Assembly (NCBI GenBank): GCA_025603075.1
Contig: MU626448.1
Span: 1 to 37,138 of the forward strand
Direction of reading: 5' to 3'
Source: Neoconidiobolus thromboides FSU 785
Lineage: Eukaryota; Fungi; Entomophthoromycota
DNA: 37,138 nt
Shown in pieces: positions 21,769-34,399 of the stretch (the first letter of the stretch is position 1; every line of letters starts with the position of its first letter). Below the pieces are notes generated by a model. That model saw only the letters and a program-made list of their open reading frames with translations. It had not been told where the DNA came from and ran no database searches. Position numbers and translations under genes: made by a program.

Positions 21769-23317
21769 AATTCTTTATAAAAATAGACAAAAACATATGC
21801 CCATAAATAATCTAACTTTACAAGCTTATTTTTCATTTCTTACAATTTTTGGTTAAATTTACAGCAATGTTTAATAAAACAGAATGGTTTAATAAAATAT
21901 TATCAGAAATAAAGGAAAATGGATTAAGTAAATTTAAAATAGCTATGCAATATAGGACAAACTAATGACCAAACAATAGAAGATGAATCACTCATGTCTT
22001 TATTTACAATATTCCATATCAATAAAGTTATAAACTCTCTTAATTTGATTGATGAAGGAAATGGTAATATTCTAGCCCTTTTATAATAGTTTTAATTTTA
22101 TTATTCATTAAGTTATTGTATTACCTAATTCACATCTATTTTCATATGAGGTAAATTAATTACATTAATTATAATTATTAATGATTGTAAAGCTTAATGA
22201 TAAAAATACAAAGATCTATTGTAGATTAAAACCAAAATGTTATTGTACTTGTGTCGAGTTTTATCAGCTAGGTAAAGCTGAATCATATATAAACAACTTT
22301 TTCTAACTTACTTTATAAAAAGCTATTTATAGTTCCGATGTTAAAGTGGTAAGCCTATTGCATTTTGGCTCATTTTAACTTATCTATTTCTATAGTGTCA
22401 TCATTTACTTAGTATTAATTTACTTGAAGCAATAATGGAATCTGGGAAAGAAAATAATATACAATTCAATGATAAGTCAAAAGATAAACTCACATTTAAT
22501 GATTGTCATTTTCTTTATCTAAATATTTAAAATCTCCTGCTATCACCAGATCATATTTTGGATTATTGCATGCGATTAAAGGTTATTTTCAGGAAGATAA
22601 GGAGTTAATTTTATAGTTAATAGGTTTTATTTGAAAGCGATTGAAAAATAGTATAAAAGTATTGTGATATTACTTAACCAAGTAACTGTGATTACCTTTT
22701 TGCTTTATCATTCTATCCATTTATATACAATATTAAATAAAGAATCATTAGCTGAATACTCAAACAAAGAAGACTTAAATACGTTATTATTAACCATATC
22801 TAGGCTTTATCACGTTAACATAAATTTCAGTTTTTATTATTTATTCAAATTTTGATGCTATAAAAATTCACTAAATAAATTAAATTTATGATATATTACA
22901 ATTGATATAATTATATAAAGCTAATTAAACCATAATAAATTTTATCCAATTGTAATAATACAAGTACAAGAATTATTGCTAGATTCCTCAAAAAAATAGA
23001 TATTTACATGTATTAACATATATACCTACATGCTTTAGAATCGTTGTTCTTTTAAATACAATTACATACCATTTCGCCATCGTAATTCCTTCTTGCTATT
23101 ATCAAAATGAATCAGTGCAAAAGAATATTTCATTCATTCTATAGCAGGATAAATACCTTTGCTCCATTTATTAATCATAAATGTATTCTTATTAGTAATA
23201 TGGGATTGAAGATATCCTTCGAACTTAGGCAAGTCAGATATTAATCCAGTTGATTTCTTTTGGTCCTCAGGTATGTATAGATATTGATCCTATGCTTAAT
23301 ATAAATAATACCATCAT

Positions 23318-23989
23318 TTATCTCACAAGTGACTTCAAGGTCTCCATCATTTTTATATAAAAAAGCCTATTATCAAAAACATCAATGACATCATATTCAT
23401 AGTAGTCTTCATAGCCCCTATTATCATCAGTGTCATCAATATCATCACCATCACTTTCATTGTTACTATCACCTTTGTCGCTTTTATTTTGATTGTCGTT
23501 ATTATCACTTTGCTCTTTACTACTACATTCCTCATCATTGTCTTTATCGTCATTATTGTGTATGCCTTTGTTGTCACTAATACGGACCTTTTCTTTATGT
23601 AATTTTAAGATATACTTTTTATTTTCCTGAATTTTGTTTCCATTAATATTAGTTAGAGTAAAGTTTGACACTGTCTTGACTTTAGGCCTTTTATTAGGTA
23701 ACTCTTTATCTTGAATTAATTCATCAATATTGTTAATATTTTTATTAATCATTCTAGTAACTCTTAACTTAATATTTGTGCTATACCTATAGTTCATTGT
23801 TATATCATGGATGTTAAAATATTGATACTTTTCGTTACCCAAATAAACGATAGAAAAGTGAGCTAGAACATTTCTTGATTTGGTAATATCAACAAACTTG
23901 TCAATATCTATAGCTTTATAATATTCAACAACAGTATTAGTTTCAGTTAGGTTTGGCATAATAAAACCATTTTCTCTCACAAACAACAT
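23318..23989 (-). CDS. Hypothetical protein (about 223 aa from the first ATG) with an acidic D/E/N-rich tract; may be part of a decayed larger gene
   Basis: Long stop-free frame in AT-rich DNA. The ORF-track start at 24097 lies inside a MITE, so it is artefactual. Flanking sequence reads as coding-like fragments with stops. No family recognised. Confidence 0.4.
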   Translation of the reverse strand: MLFVRENGFIMPNLTETNTVVEYYKAIDIDKFVDITKSRNVLAHFSIVYLGNEKYQYFNIHDITMNYRYSTNIKLRVTRMINKNINNIDELIQDKELPNKRPKVKTVSNFTLTNINGNKIQENKKYILKLHKEKVRISDNKGIHNNDDKDNDEECSSKEQSDNNDNQNKSDKGDSNNESDGDDIDDTDDNRGYEDYYEYDVIDVFDNRLFYIKMMETLKSLVR

Positions 23990-24060
23990 ATATGATAATG
24001 TCTTATTGGTTACTATACTGTCAACAAGGTACAAGCTACCAAATAGATAACGATATATAT

Positions 24061-24159
24061 GGGGATGTATTTTTGTGTTTAAGAATTTTACTGACAAATT
24101 TTCCGCTTAAATAGCGCTTAAAAAATGGAAAAAATAATGAAGTCAAAAAAAACACTCCC
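24061..24159 (-). mobile_element. MITE copy with ATAT TSD
   Basis: ATAT|ggggatg...aacactccc|ATAT, 99 bp; differs from the 35100 copy by about 3 positions. Confidence 0.92.
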
Positions 24160-24569
24160 ATATAGTTTTTTTAAGTAATTATAATAAACATTAAACCCAA
24201 TTACACTATTAGTCGCTAGATTCCTACAGTTTTAATCGTATTTTATCTCTCTTTAATAGATACGTATAGAGAAATAATATTCTCTTAGTGCCACGAAAAT
24301 ATCTTCGTTTATCTTCTAAATCTCAACGTCAATATCGATTACCTTCGTAAATTCACGTTTTTATCAATTAAACACTTATCAGTAATATTGATATCAACTT
24401 CAGAATAAACCACAATCATTCCTATTCCAATCATTTTATTTTATTTTATTATAAACTTAAATGGAAATGAATAGCAGCTAGTTTTGATTTATACAGTGTT
24501 AAGAACCATAATATCATTTTAAAAATCATTTGCCATTTATGTCAATGTAATTTTGGCTATAAAGAACAT

Positions 24570-24626
24570 GGGGGTGTTTTTTTGTGTTTAAGATTGTTAA
24601 ATCCTTAAATAAAAAAATACATACCC
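24570..24626. mobile_element. Short (57 bp) fold-back derivative of the MITE
   Basis: gggggtgtttttttgtgtttaag...cttaaataaaaaaatacataccc; both arms resemble the same MITE end. Confidence 0.6.
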
Positions 24627-24980
24627 ATGTTTTTCTCATCACTTTAGCCATATTTTATATAGTATGATATTGAATAATTTATAAATTAAATTAAACAGAC
24701 ATTTTTAAATTAACAACTTTTTAAAAAGATTAATAAAAAACAAAATCATTAAGTTACACCATCATAAGAAAGCATTTAAGAAAATGATAAAGATAAGGTC
24801 TAACTTGTATTCATTAAAATTTATAAATACTTTAACTATATTAATCTACTGGATTTGTACATTATATAATAAAAATCATTTCCCGATTTGAAATAATAAT
24901 AAAAGTGTAATTGAAAACCAAAAAATATAAGCTTAACTAATAAAACAAGTATATTATTTTAAATCATAACAAGATATTTT

Positions 24981-27892
24981 TTATAGACTTGCAAGTTGTT
25001 CTTGTAATTTGTGAATTTTTTCAAGGAGAGTCTTATTAATTGAATCTTTTTCTTCGTTTTGTTCATTGAGTATCTTAATTAATCCCTGTAAAAAAAACAA
25101 TTAAATTTCATGATAAAAAAAAGTCATAACAGAAACACTTACATCAAATTGAACAAGTTCATTAGTTTTAGTTTCAACTTGTTTCTTCAAACCTTCAATT
25201 TCCTCATAATGCTCCTTTTCTCTATTTGAAAGCTCCTATAATATTGAAGTTTAATAAACGGTACTATAAGTATAATATTCAATCTAATTACCTCACAATT
25301 TTTTTGTGAAACCTCAAGTTGATCAATAGTCATACTTAAAGCTTGTTTGGTACCTTCATTTTCTTTAGTAATAGAATCTAATTGATCTCTAAGTCCAGTG
25401 GCAGAAATGAGCTCCGTTTTTAGTTGCTAATATAATAAGTTAGAATTTTAACTAGTTAATAATTAAACTTACGTTCATATTTTCAAATTCAACTTCATAT
25501 TTCTTTTCCAATTCTTCATACTTTTTTAAAATCTCACCTTTTTCAGATTCAATAGTTTCAATTTGTTGTTCATTGATTCTAAGATTAGCAATTTGTTCTT
25601 TTAAAGTCTAAAACTTATAAATATAATTACGATTAATATATAAATTAATCTTACTTCAATTTCATCCTTAAATTTGCTTTCTTCTTTTTTAAGTTCATCT
25701 AATTCAAAAGATAACTTTCCTTTTTCAGAATGCAAATTTGTAATTTGCAGTTCGTAAGCTTCTTTAGATTCTTTGAATTTCGTATTTAATTCCTAAAATT
25801 ATTAAATATCAGCTCTAAAAGCTAAACCTGATTTACTTACTTCAAGTTCATTTTTACTTTGAGAAAAGGAATCAGCTTGAGAATGAAAGGATTCAAGTTC
25901 AGAAACTAAATTATTTTGTTTAATTTCTAATTTTTCCTTTTCTTCAGTAATCTTTTCAATATCTCGTTTAAGTGAATTAATTTCATTCTCGAGACCAAAT
26001 TTAACATCCTCAATATTCTTTAAATGTTCATTTTGAATATTCTACTTTTTTTTAATATACTAAATTTAAAATTAATATCTAAATTACTTCAATCTTTTTT
26101 TCGTATTCCGAAGTTACAACTGCTTCTTTATCATTGTCTTTTTTAATCACTTCCAATTCCTTTTGATGAGTCTCGTTAACTTGCTGAATCTTTTCTTCAG
26201 TTTCTTTATTTAATTTCTATGAAACAAATTAATACATGTGAAATCAATCCTAATGGCTACTTACGTTCATAGCATTATGAGCTTCTTCTACTTCATTTTT
26301 ACTTTCAGTTAATTGATTTTTAAGCTCTTCAATTTCATTTTTTAAGTCCTGTTGAGCTTGACTTTGCTGTTCCTTGGCTTCTTTAAGTAATTTAGTTAAC
26401 TCTTGAAGTTGATTCTCAAGTCCTTGAATTTTTTGATCTTTTTCAGCAATTAACTCATTATCCTTTCGATTCTTTTGTTCATTCACTTGGCTAATATCAG
26501 CAACTAAAGCCTCCTATAAAGTTATAAGTACTTTTGAAAATCTACAAAAACGAACCAACCTTCTCATCAACCAATTCCTGTTTCTCTTCATTCAGTTTGA
26601 TAATTTGAGCTTCTAAATCGAATCCTTTTTGAGTAAGAGTTTTGATGCTAGTTTCACCTTTTTGAATCAAGTTTTCTTTTTCTTCAATTGTTTCATTTAA
26701 AGTTTTACACTAAAAATATATAATTAAAACCCAATATGACAAATAAATTACTTACCTTTTCATCAAGTTTGCTAATTTCCACACGAAGTTTATTTATTTC
26801 AATAGCACTAGCGGTGGATGCTTGAGAAGTTGCGCCATTAAGTGGAGCTCTAGGCTTAACACCAGTTATAGGAGCAGTACCATTAGTTGCTTTTTTAGAT
26901 AATTCAGCTGCTACTTTTCTAACTGAAGTAGGTTGAGTAGTAGATGTAGATCTAGAGCTTGTTTTACTCAATCCACTAGAAATAGGTTTGGATATAGTGC
27001 TTCTGACTGAAGCAGAAGCCTCAGGTTTAGCTATGCTATCAGAAGAAGCTGCTTTAGTTGATACTGCTTTTCTCAATGGAGTTGAGCCCTTAGCAGCGCT
27101 ACTTGGAGTAGTCGTAACAGTAGTTCTTGATGGACGAGTTAATGGAGTTGGTCCTGGTTTGGTTCCGGAAGTACTAGCGGCTGTTGGCTTTCTTACTCCA
27201 GTAGCAGCAGATACTCTAGATGGTTCTTTTCCTACTGTACCGGTTACAGGCTTCCTTACTCCAGTAGTAATAGGCGCTTTACTTACTCCCGAAGTTGTAG
27301 GCCTTACTGCGCCTTTGGTAGCAGGTACTTTACTTGGTATTTTACTTGCTCCGGTAGTTGTTGGTTTTCTCACTCCAGTAGTAGTGGGTGGTTTGATTGG
27401 TACTTTACCTGCTCCAGTAGCTGATGGTTTTACTGCACTTTTGGCACCGGGTGATTTATTTGATATCTTGTTTTCCTCAGTAGCTGCAGGTTTATCTTGA
27501 ACTTTAGACTCTTCTTTATCTTTGGGCTCTTTTGCTTCAGTTGAAACAACAGACTCTTGTTCAGACTTTTCTTCTCCTTTAGAAGCTTCTTGTTTGTTTT
27601 CAGGGACTAAACCCTCATCTTTACTTTCATCTTTTAATTCTTCTTTATCAAAATCCTCTTCTTTATTTTCACTTTTCAATTCTTCTACATTACTTAAACC
27701 ATCAATTTTTTTATCTTCTTTAGCGTCCACATCGATCAGATTTTCATTTTGATTTTCACCATTCATTCCATTTTGAGTATTAAAGTTATCTTCATTTTTA
27801 ACCTCATGAATTGGAAAAGAATTTTGATCTTCAGTATCTAAATTGTTTTTGTTATCAATTAATGGATTACTGCTTGCTAATATATCGGACAT
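24981..27892 (-). CDS. Hypothetical long coiled-coil protein (acidic N-terminus, basic T/P/K/S-rich repeat region, multi-exon heptad-rich tail)
   Basis: A 395-aa first ORF is followed by many short E/K/L-rich exons with GT-AG introns, ending ...KLQEQLASL* at 24981. No ortholog recognised. Confidence 0.75.
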
Positions 27893-28321
27893 CTTTTAAG
27901 GGATCGGTAATAAAAATAATACTATAAAAATTGAAATTTTTTAAATAGGAATTTAAACCAATCATTAAGCTTCCCCTTGGATTTTACACGGAGTTTTTTA
28001 TTGGTTTTAAATTCAATCAGATTCTGAACACGTAGTTTGCTTTTGAGATTTAAGCCAATCATTTGGATTTAAGAAAAGCCTTATTTTTGGTCAATGTTAT
28101 ATGCTACATATTGTCCATATACTACACTTTTGTAATATTAAATTTCGACATGGCTATATATTACCAGCTTATTCAGCTTTTAAAAAACCTCTTGCTACAA
28201 GATAGATATTTAATGTTGCTATTAATGGAGTAAGCCTTTATTTTACTAACCGCACTAATAGAAATTTAGCTTAAAACCAATTATTAACAAATGTCATGAA
28301 TTTTTTTAAAAACTAGAATAT

Positions 28322-28416
28322 GGGGATATATTTTTTTAAGAATTTTACTACCAAGTTTTCCACTCAAATAGCGCTTAAAAGATGGAAAAAATAATGAAGC
28401 CGAAAAAAACACTCCC
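28322..28416 (-). mobile_element. MITE copy with ATAT TSD
   Basis: ATAT|ggggata...aacactccc|ATAT, with a small internal deletion. Confidence 0.88.
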
Positions 28417-28541
28417 ATATTATGTTATACTTAAGGTTTCACAAAGTCTTTGGGAGTAAATTTTAAAATTTAGAAAAAAAATAGCTGTAAAATAAACAAA
28501 TGCTTCTTTTATGCTTTTTTTATTATATCAAGTTTATAAAT

Positions 28542-28733
28542 GAGAATGTTTTTTTTGATTTTATCACTTCTATTTTTAGACACTATTTGAGGATGTATTT
28601 TTATGTTTAAGAATTTTACTAGTAATTTTTTCACTCAAATAGCACTCAAAAAAATGAAAAAGTAATGAAATCGAAAAAAATATCCCCATTTAGCGGAAAA
28701 GCTATTAGTAAAATTCTTAAAAGCAATAATCCC
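28542..28733 (+). mobile_element. Older MITE copy (AAAT TSD) split by a nested MITE
   Basis: AAAT|gagaatg...agacact ATTT [insert] ATTT agcggaaaa...aataatccc|AAAT. Confidence 0.8.
28589..28687 (-). mobile_element. Nested MITE copy with ATTT TSD
   Basis: ATTT|gaggatg...aatatcccc|ATTT, 99 bp, opposite orientation to its host copy. Confidence 0.88.
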
Positions 28734-29317
28734 AAATCTAAAATATAAAAAATTTATCTAAATTTCACTTTTCATTTTACGAATCAAAACAAAAGCTATT
28801 TTTGCATAAAAAAGTAAAATTTTTAACAGGATATTTGTATAAAAGTAACTTTTATCTCAAATAAAGCTATAATAAAAAAATACTGCAAAATTGTATAACG
28901 TTTTATACTATATTGATAGCTTTAAACTTTATTAAATAATAATAGAAAAATACATCCAAGACTATTACTATATGACTTTTGGTATTTTTTTGAACATTAA
29001 GAGTTTTCACTAAGTTAATTTGAAATCTTTTCATGTGCTAATTTTTTGAAAAAGTCTTAATAAATTATTAAGTTAGGCTTAGTAAATTAAAGTGAAAAGT
29101 TTTGTGATTTTGTTATGTATTGAAAATAAAGAAATTACTTTAATTTTAATTTCAATATTATATATATATCTTTCTTTATAATATTGACTATACTTAGTTC
29201 TTTAAAAAATTGAAAGATTAAATCCAAAAACAAATTTATTTATGCTTCAAAATTCTAAAATTTTCAAATCTTTTTCAACTATTCCTATTATTTCCAACAA
29301 ACGTTACACAGTATCAA

Positions 29318-29843
29318 ATGCATCAAAACAAAGTGCACTCTTTATATCGCTCATTGCTACGATCCGGTCGACAAAGTTTAGGTGATAGTAATCGAGGTTT
29401 ACGTCCAATGAAATTAAAATTACGACAGGGATTTGAAGAAAATAAAACTTTGAATCTAAAAGAAGCACAAGAAAAATTGGAAAGAGGTAACATCTATAGA
29501 TTTCAACATTAAGCACAGTTATTAATGACGATTATATTTAACCAGGCTATAAGACTTTACAATTTTTGAAAGTAGCAGCAGATAAAGATAGTACCGAACA
29601 TAGAATCGTTAAATCGTTATGTATTATGGAACATTACCAGGAGAGCTATAGTATTAGGTAAAAGAATTATTAATATTATTCTATTAATTGAAGCTAATAC
29701 CAATTTTTTACCCTACGTATAGACCACCAGTATTTGGTAAAAAAGTGAGTGAAAGTCGAAAAAAAGCATATAGTGAAAACTATGATAATTATTTAAGAAT
29801 GATTGAAATGTTAAATAAAACAGAAGGATTGGCTTTACGTTGA
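29318..29843 (+). CDS. LYR-motif-like / DUF1763-like small protein, 3 exons (29318-29486, 29546-29657, 29723-29843)
   Basis: LYRSLLR...LRQGFEEN (LYR-type), TLQFLKVAADKDSTEHRIVKSL, and a C-terminal YLRMIEMLNKTEGLALR* resembling the fungal DUF1763 ending; introns keep the frame. Confidence 0.7.
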
Positions 29844-30070
29844 TGGGTAGAAAAGAGAGATTATAGAGTGCTTTGGATTATATAGCGGAATGAATTAATA
29901 TTTATAGAACATAGAAAATAAAAGTTCAAGCTCTATTGATAGTGCATTATTTTTATTTTTAAAAATGGTTAAAATAAAATAAAAATAAAAAATAGACTTT
30001 TATTATAAAAATACGTATTTATTCATTTATTTATTACACATAGCTACTAAAAATCACTTAAGTCCCAGGG

Positions 30071-30791
30071 TTACAGTCTCGGTTTCAATTCTACATTATC
30101 ATCTAACTCTCCATTTCCAATCTTCTTTATCAATTCAATCAGCTCTATCTTAAACCCTTCACTCTCCCTCTCTTTCACTTCCTCATTAGGCTTAAGCTTA
30201 TACTCCGCAATAAAAGCCAATCTTTTTAGTTTTATAGAATAACAATTAACTATTAATTTCATCTCTTCTTTTTTCATTGAAGCTAATTTTGAAGCTATTA
30301 TTAACTAATTAAAATAATCAAAAATCCAATCAATTTATTTTTATAGTAAACAATCGAATTACTTACTTTATCTGGATACACTACTGCCGATTTATAATAA
30401 AATTCACAAGATTTCAATTGAAATGGAGAATCTTTATTTAATAAAGAATCAAACTGAAACTCGGTATTAGAAGTAAGGGATTTTATTTTTTCAATAAAAG
30501 CAATAAGACCTAAAAGTTGTACAATAGTCAGTTTTTAATATATATTAATATTAGATAAGAAATATCAAATGAAATTTACCAATTTCTCCATAATGAGACC
30601 ACCAGGCGTTATTAATGTGCTGATAAATATCCTATTTACAAATGAGGTTACAAGTTATTTGATTAGATTAAAATAAAGTTGAATTTTACTTGATGTCCCC
30701 AATGAACTGGTAGTTGAATTAAGATAGGGTGAAAGAGTATAGAGTTAGCTATTGAGTCTGGGAAAGTAGATAGTATTGATTTTATTGTCAT
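30071..30791 (-). CDS. Hotdog-fold (4HBT-like) acyl-CoA thioesterase, 4 exons
   Basis: Spliced LPVHWGHQ/DIYQHINNAWWSHYGEI matches the WGxxDxxxHxNNxxY motif; LKSCEFYYKSAVVYPDK matches the conserved ...YPD strand. The start codon is uncertain. Confidence 0.7.
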
Positions 30792-31186
30792 TTTAAATAA
30801 TGATAAAAATAATTTAGCCTTGAATTTTATTAACTTAACAGAAAAACACGTGGTAATTAATAATAGTCTACAATTAAAATTGAAATTAATTATCCTTTAT
30901 AAAACTAAATAGTTAGATGAATTATTTTGATCTAAGAAGATATATCAAAGTAAGTCATAAATCTAACAATTAAACAATAAAAGTGTAAGCTAGAAGCATT
31001 TTAAATCTTAATTAAAAACAAGCTTTATTTATTAAAAAAAGAAATATAAAAAAACTTCATTTGACTCATTATAGTTTTAATTAAGAATAAAACCATAACC
31101 CACCTTAACACATCAACTACTCGTTCTTTTTTATAAAAAAAACTGAAGTATAGTCCAATAAATCCCTTTAAAATTAAACCACAATT

Positions 31187-34100
31187 CTACAAATTATTTT
31201 CCTTATTATTGTTACTAGCAAAATCTCGCCATTGTTGTTTACTATCCGAATATTTATTATTATTACCAAAGTTATATTTCATTTTAGGTTTCATATTAGT
31301 GTTATTATTGCTACTATGATTACTATTATTTTCATAATTGGATTTATTGTGCTGATAAGTTCCTTTTGATGAATATGAATAATTTTTGTTATAATATCCT
31401 TTCCTTGGTTTGATTCGTTTTTCTATTGTTATTAATGTAAATTATCTTTATAAATTTAATATTATAATAAAAACTTACGTGTAGCTAATAATCGACGTCC
31501 TTTAAATTCCTATGATATTTATTATTTATTATTAATTGAAACTATTATTATAAATTTAATAACTTTACCTTATCATTTAATATTTTAATCATATCCTCTA
31601 CGACAGATGCGCTATTCGTTTCAATTAAAGCAAATGTTTTTAATTTAAATATGATAATTTTCGTAATCTAAAAAATAGATTCAATACATTATTTTTAATA
31701 TAAATCATAGCAATTTATAATTACTTCTTCTTTAAATTGATCAATTAAATTAAAAAAAGGTTCTTCCATTTCAAATTGTTCTCCATTATTAATATATAAT
31801 ACTTTACTTGGATCTGGCTGATTATCATGATATTGTTTATCAACCCATATTATATTATAACCATTAATAATCTGCTCATCTTTATTCAAATTTTCTTTTA
31901 ATTCTGCTTCTTCTTCAGATACTTTAGATGCCCAGTCTACTTGTTCAAATGTGTTATTTTGACTTTGATTATTATTATCGCCGATAGTATTATCTTTCTT
32001 GTTTAACCAATCATCAACTTTTGTCGTGGTATCTGATTCCATAAGCCCCCCTTTTACTTCATTCCATTTCTTTGAATTTAAAGATTTGTTTTTCTTTTCT
32101 TCCCAATTATCTCCCGATTCTACTTTTTCATTATCGGACCAACTACTCTTTGTTATAATTTTATCTTCTTTTGATTCTTCCATTTTATGTTGTTCATTAC
32201 CATCATCAGACCAACTACTCTTAGGTAATTTTCTATTCATTTTATCTTGGATCTTAGCTTCTAGTTTTTCTATTTCATAAAAATTATTTAAATTATTATT
32301 TTATTTCAATTCTTATAAATGTTATTTACCTTTCTTAGTATTATCCAATGAAGTATTATTATTATCAAGAGTCAAATTTAAAGCTTCCGTTTCTAAATCA
32401 TTACGTAATTGATTCTCTTTAGGTTTTAAATTTCCGTTTTCATCTGGCCATGTATATGAATTATGTTTTCCTACTTTCTTTTTACTTTGTACTGAAGTTG
32501 GTTCTAAAATAAAATGAAATAAAGTAAAGTTAATTTATATAATATTAAAATGATAATAAAATCTTACCAATAATAGAAGACTGTCCATTGCTATTATTTG
32601 TCCCGTTTTCCATTTTACTTTTGTTCTGATTTAAATTGATTTTGTTTTTAAACTTATTGTTCTTTTTTGATGAAGTTTCCGTTTTAATTGAATTAGTATC
32701 CGTATTGAATGTAGATGATTCAATAGCTTGATTCAATTCCTTTATATTATTTTTAATATTAAAATTCTTAACCTTTGGAATTTTGTGACTATAATCAAGT
32801 ACTATAATAAATTTGATTAATATCATAAAATTTAAATTGAGGTTAAAGAAAAAATATTACTATGAGACCTAGTTTCAAAACTAACTTTAACCCCGCAAAA
32901 ATTTAAATTAACAAAACCAAATGGAAAGTTAGGTGCTGTTAATTGAATAATACTATCAAAATAAGGCGTTTCATAAAAGGAATTTAAATCCTGTGGTGGG
33001 GGTATAATATCCAATAAAGAGATAGCTGTTTCGGCTATTCTTTTTTGTTCACTTCTTCGTAAAAATATTTAAAAAACATACATAAATAGAGTGATGTAAA
33101 ATTACTTTGACTTTCCTGAAAAATGAGGACGTACCACTTCCCAAAGTTTGATAAAATCCTCTCTTGATTTTTCCAATCTTTCTTTTAATAATTCATTATC
33201 AAATGCAGTTACACTTTGACTACCCATAGAAGCAAGACGTGGTTCTAAACTAGGTGATAACACATAATCGATCTAAAATTATTATTATTAAAAAATATTG
33301 AATTTGTTAACTAAAAATTAAGTTTACCTTTAATTTTGAAGCTAATTGAGAAATTATGGGTTCTTTGTTTAAATTTGTATGAGTAAGTAAAATTCGAATT
33401 TCGCATGTATCAACAATCTTTAGTATAAACAATTAATATTGATAAATAAATAATAGAGTTTAATTACCTTATTTGACATTTCAATTAATTCTCCAATCTG
33501 CAATAAAGTGACCCAAGCACCATCTTCATTACCAGCTAAATAACCACTACCTATATTTAATATAAAAAAAATTGAAGTATTAATAATTAAACTAAACTAA
33601 TTACTTACCAGTACCATGATCAAATAACTTATTTCTAACGAATGCTCCTCCAAGTCCAAAAAACCTCACTTTTAATTCTCCAATTTCTAATATCGGGGAA
33701 TATTGTTGATCAATAAAATATAAATTATCGATATTATGTGTGGATGTTAAACTTTGTAATACGGTTATATTTTCAAAGGATCCATGGATCGTGTAAATTG
33801 GCACGGAAAATTTTCGATTTCCATTTAGATATTCTGGAAACTCTGAAAGTTCTTCAATTTTAATTTCAGAACGTAGAAGTTGAGAGGGGAAAGAGAGTAA
33901 CATGCTCTTCCTTTGATGATTCATCAATGTGCTACTACTGATTAGTTGTCTCAAGATCCTAATTTGAAGTATTTTGTTAAATAAAAGTGATTGTATTTAT
34001 ATTTCATTCTCATTACCTCTCACTCATTGTTTTAATTGATTCTGCAGCTAAATGGATTAATTAAATTAACCATCCTATTCAAATCATATTAAAAATTACT

Positions 34101-34399
34101 TACAATGAAACCCAAAAGAACCAGAATGTATTACAGCTCTGGATTTGTTTTTTTTAATTAAACTTTCTAACCTAGTGAAATCACCTATTGAGAAATTGAA
34201 TTTAATATTTAAATTTTCAATTAATTAACATTTATTTATTTAAAATCCAACTTACCATTGATATTAGCTACAAATAATACTTTTTCTAAAGTAGAATAGT
34301 TGAAGTCGGTATCTATAAAATGAAAACGAATTGTATCAATTTCATGCTTTTTAATATATAGTGAATAGAATTACTTTCATTCATTTCTGAAAGATTCAT
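31187..34399 (-). CDS. DUF2433-like fungal protein (metallophosphoesterase-like N-terminus) with a degenerate C-terminal RRM and Asn-rich tail, many exons
   Basis: VLFVANIN/GD, AVIHSGSFGFH, LSEFPEYL, PIYTIHGSFEN, RFFGLGGA, KLFDHGT, WVTLLQIGELI, IRILLTH, LEKSREDFIKLWEVV and NFPFGFVNL follow the order I recall for DUF2433 proteins. RNP-like KVLYINN and KTFALIET...EFKGRRL lie near the C-terminus. Start and some junctions are approximate. Confidence 0.7.

Noticed and set aside
22434-22855. Short plus-strand coding-like fragments
   Set aside because: Interrupted by stops; no consistent spliced model or motif found.
26988-27752. 170-aa and 76-aa plus-strand ORFs
   Set aside because: Antisense to the repetitive T/P/K-rich exon, which naturally lacks opposite-strand stops.
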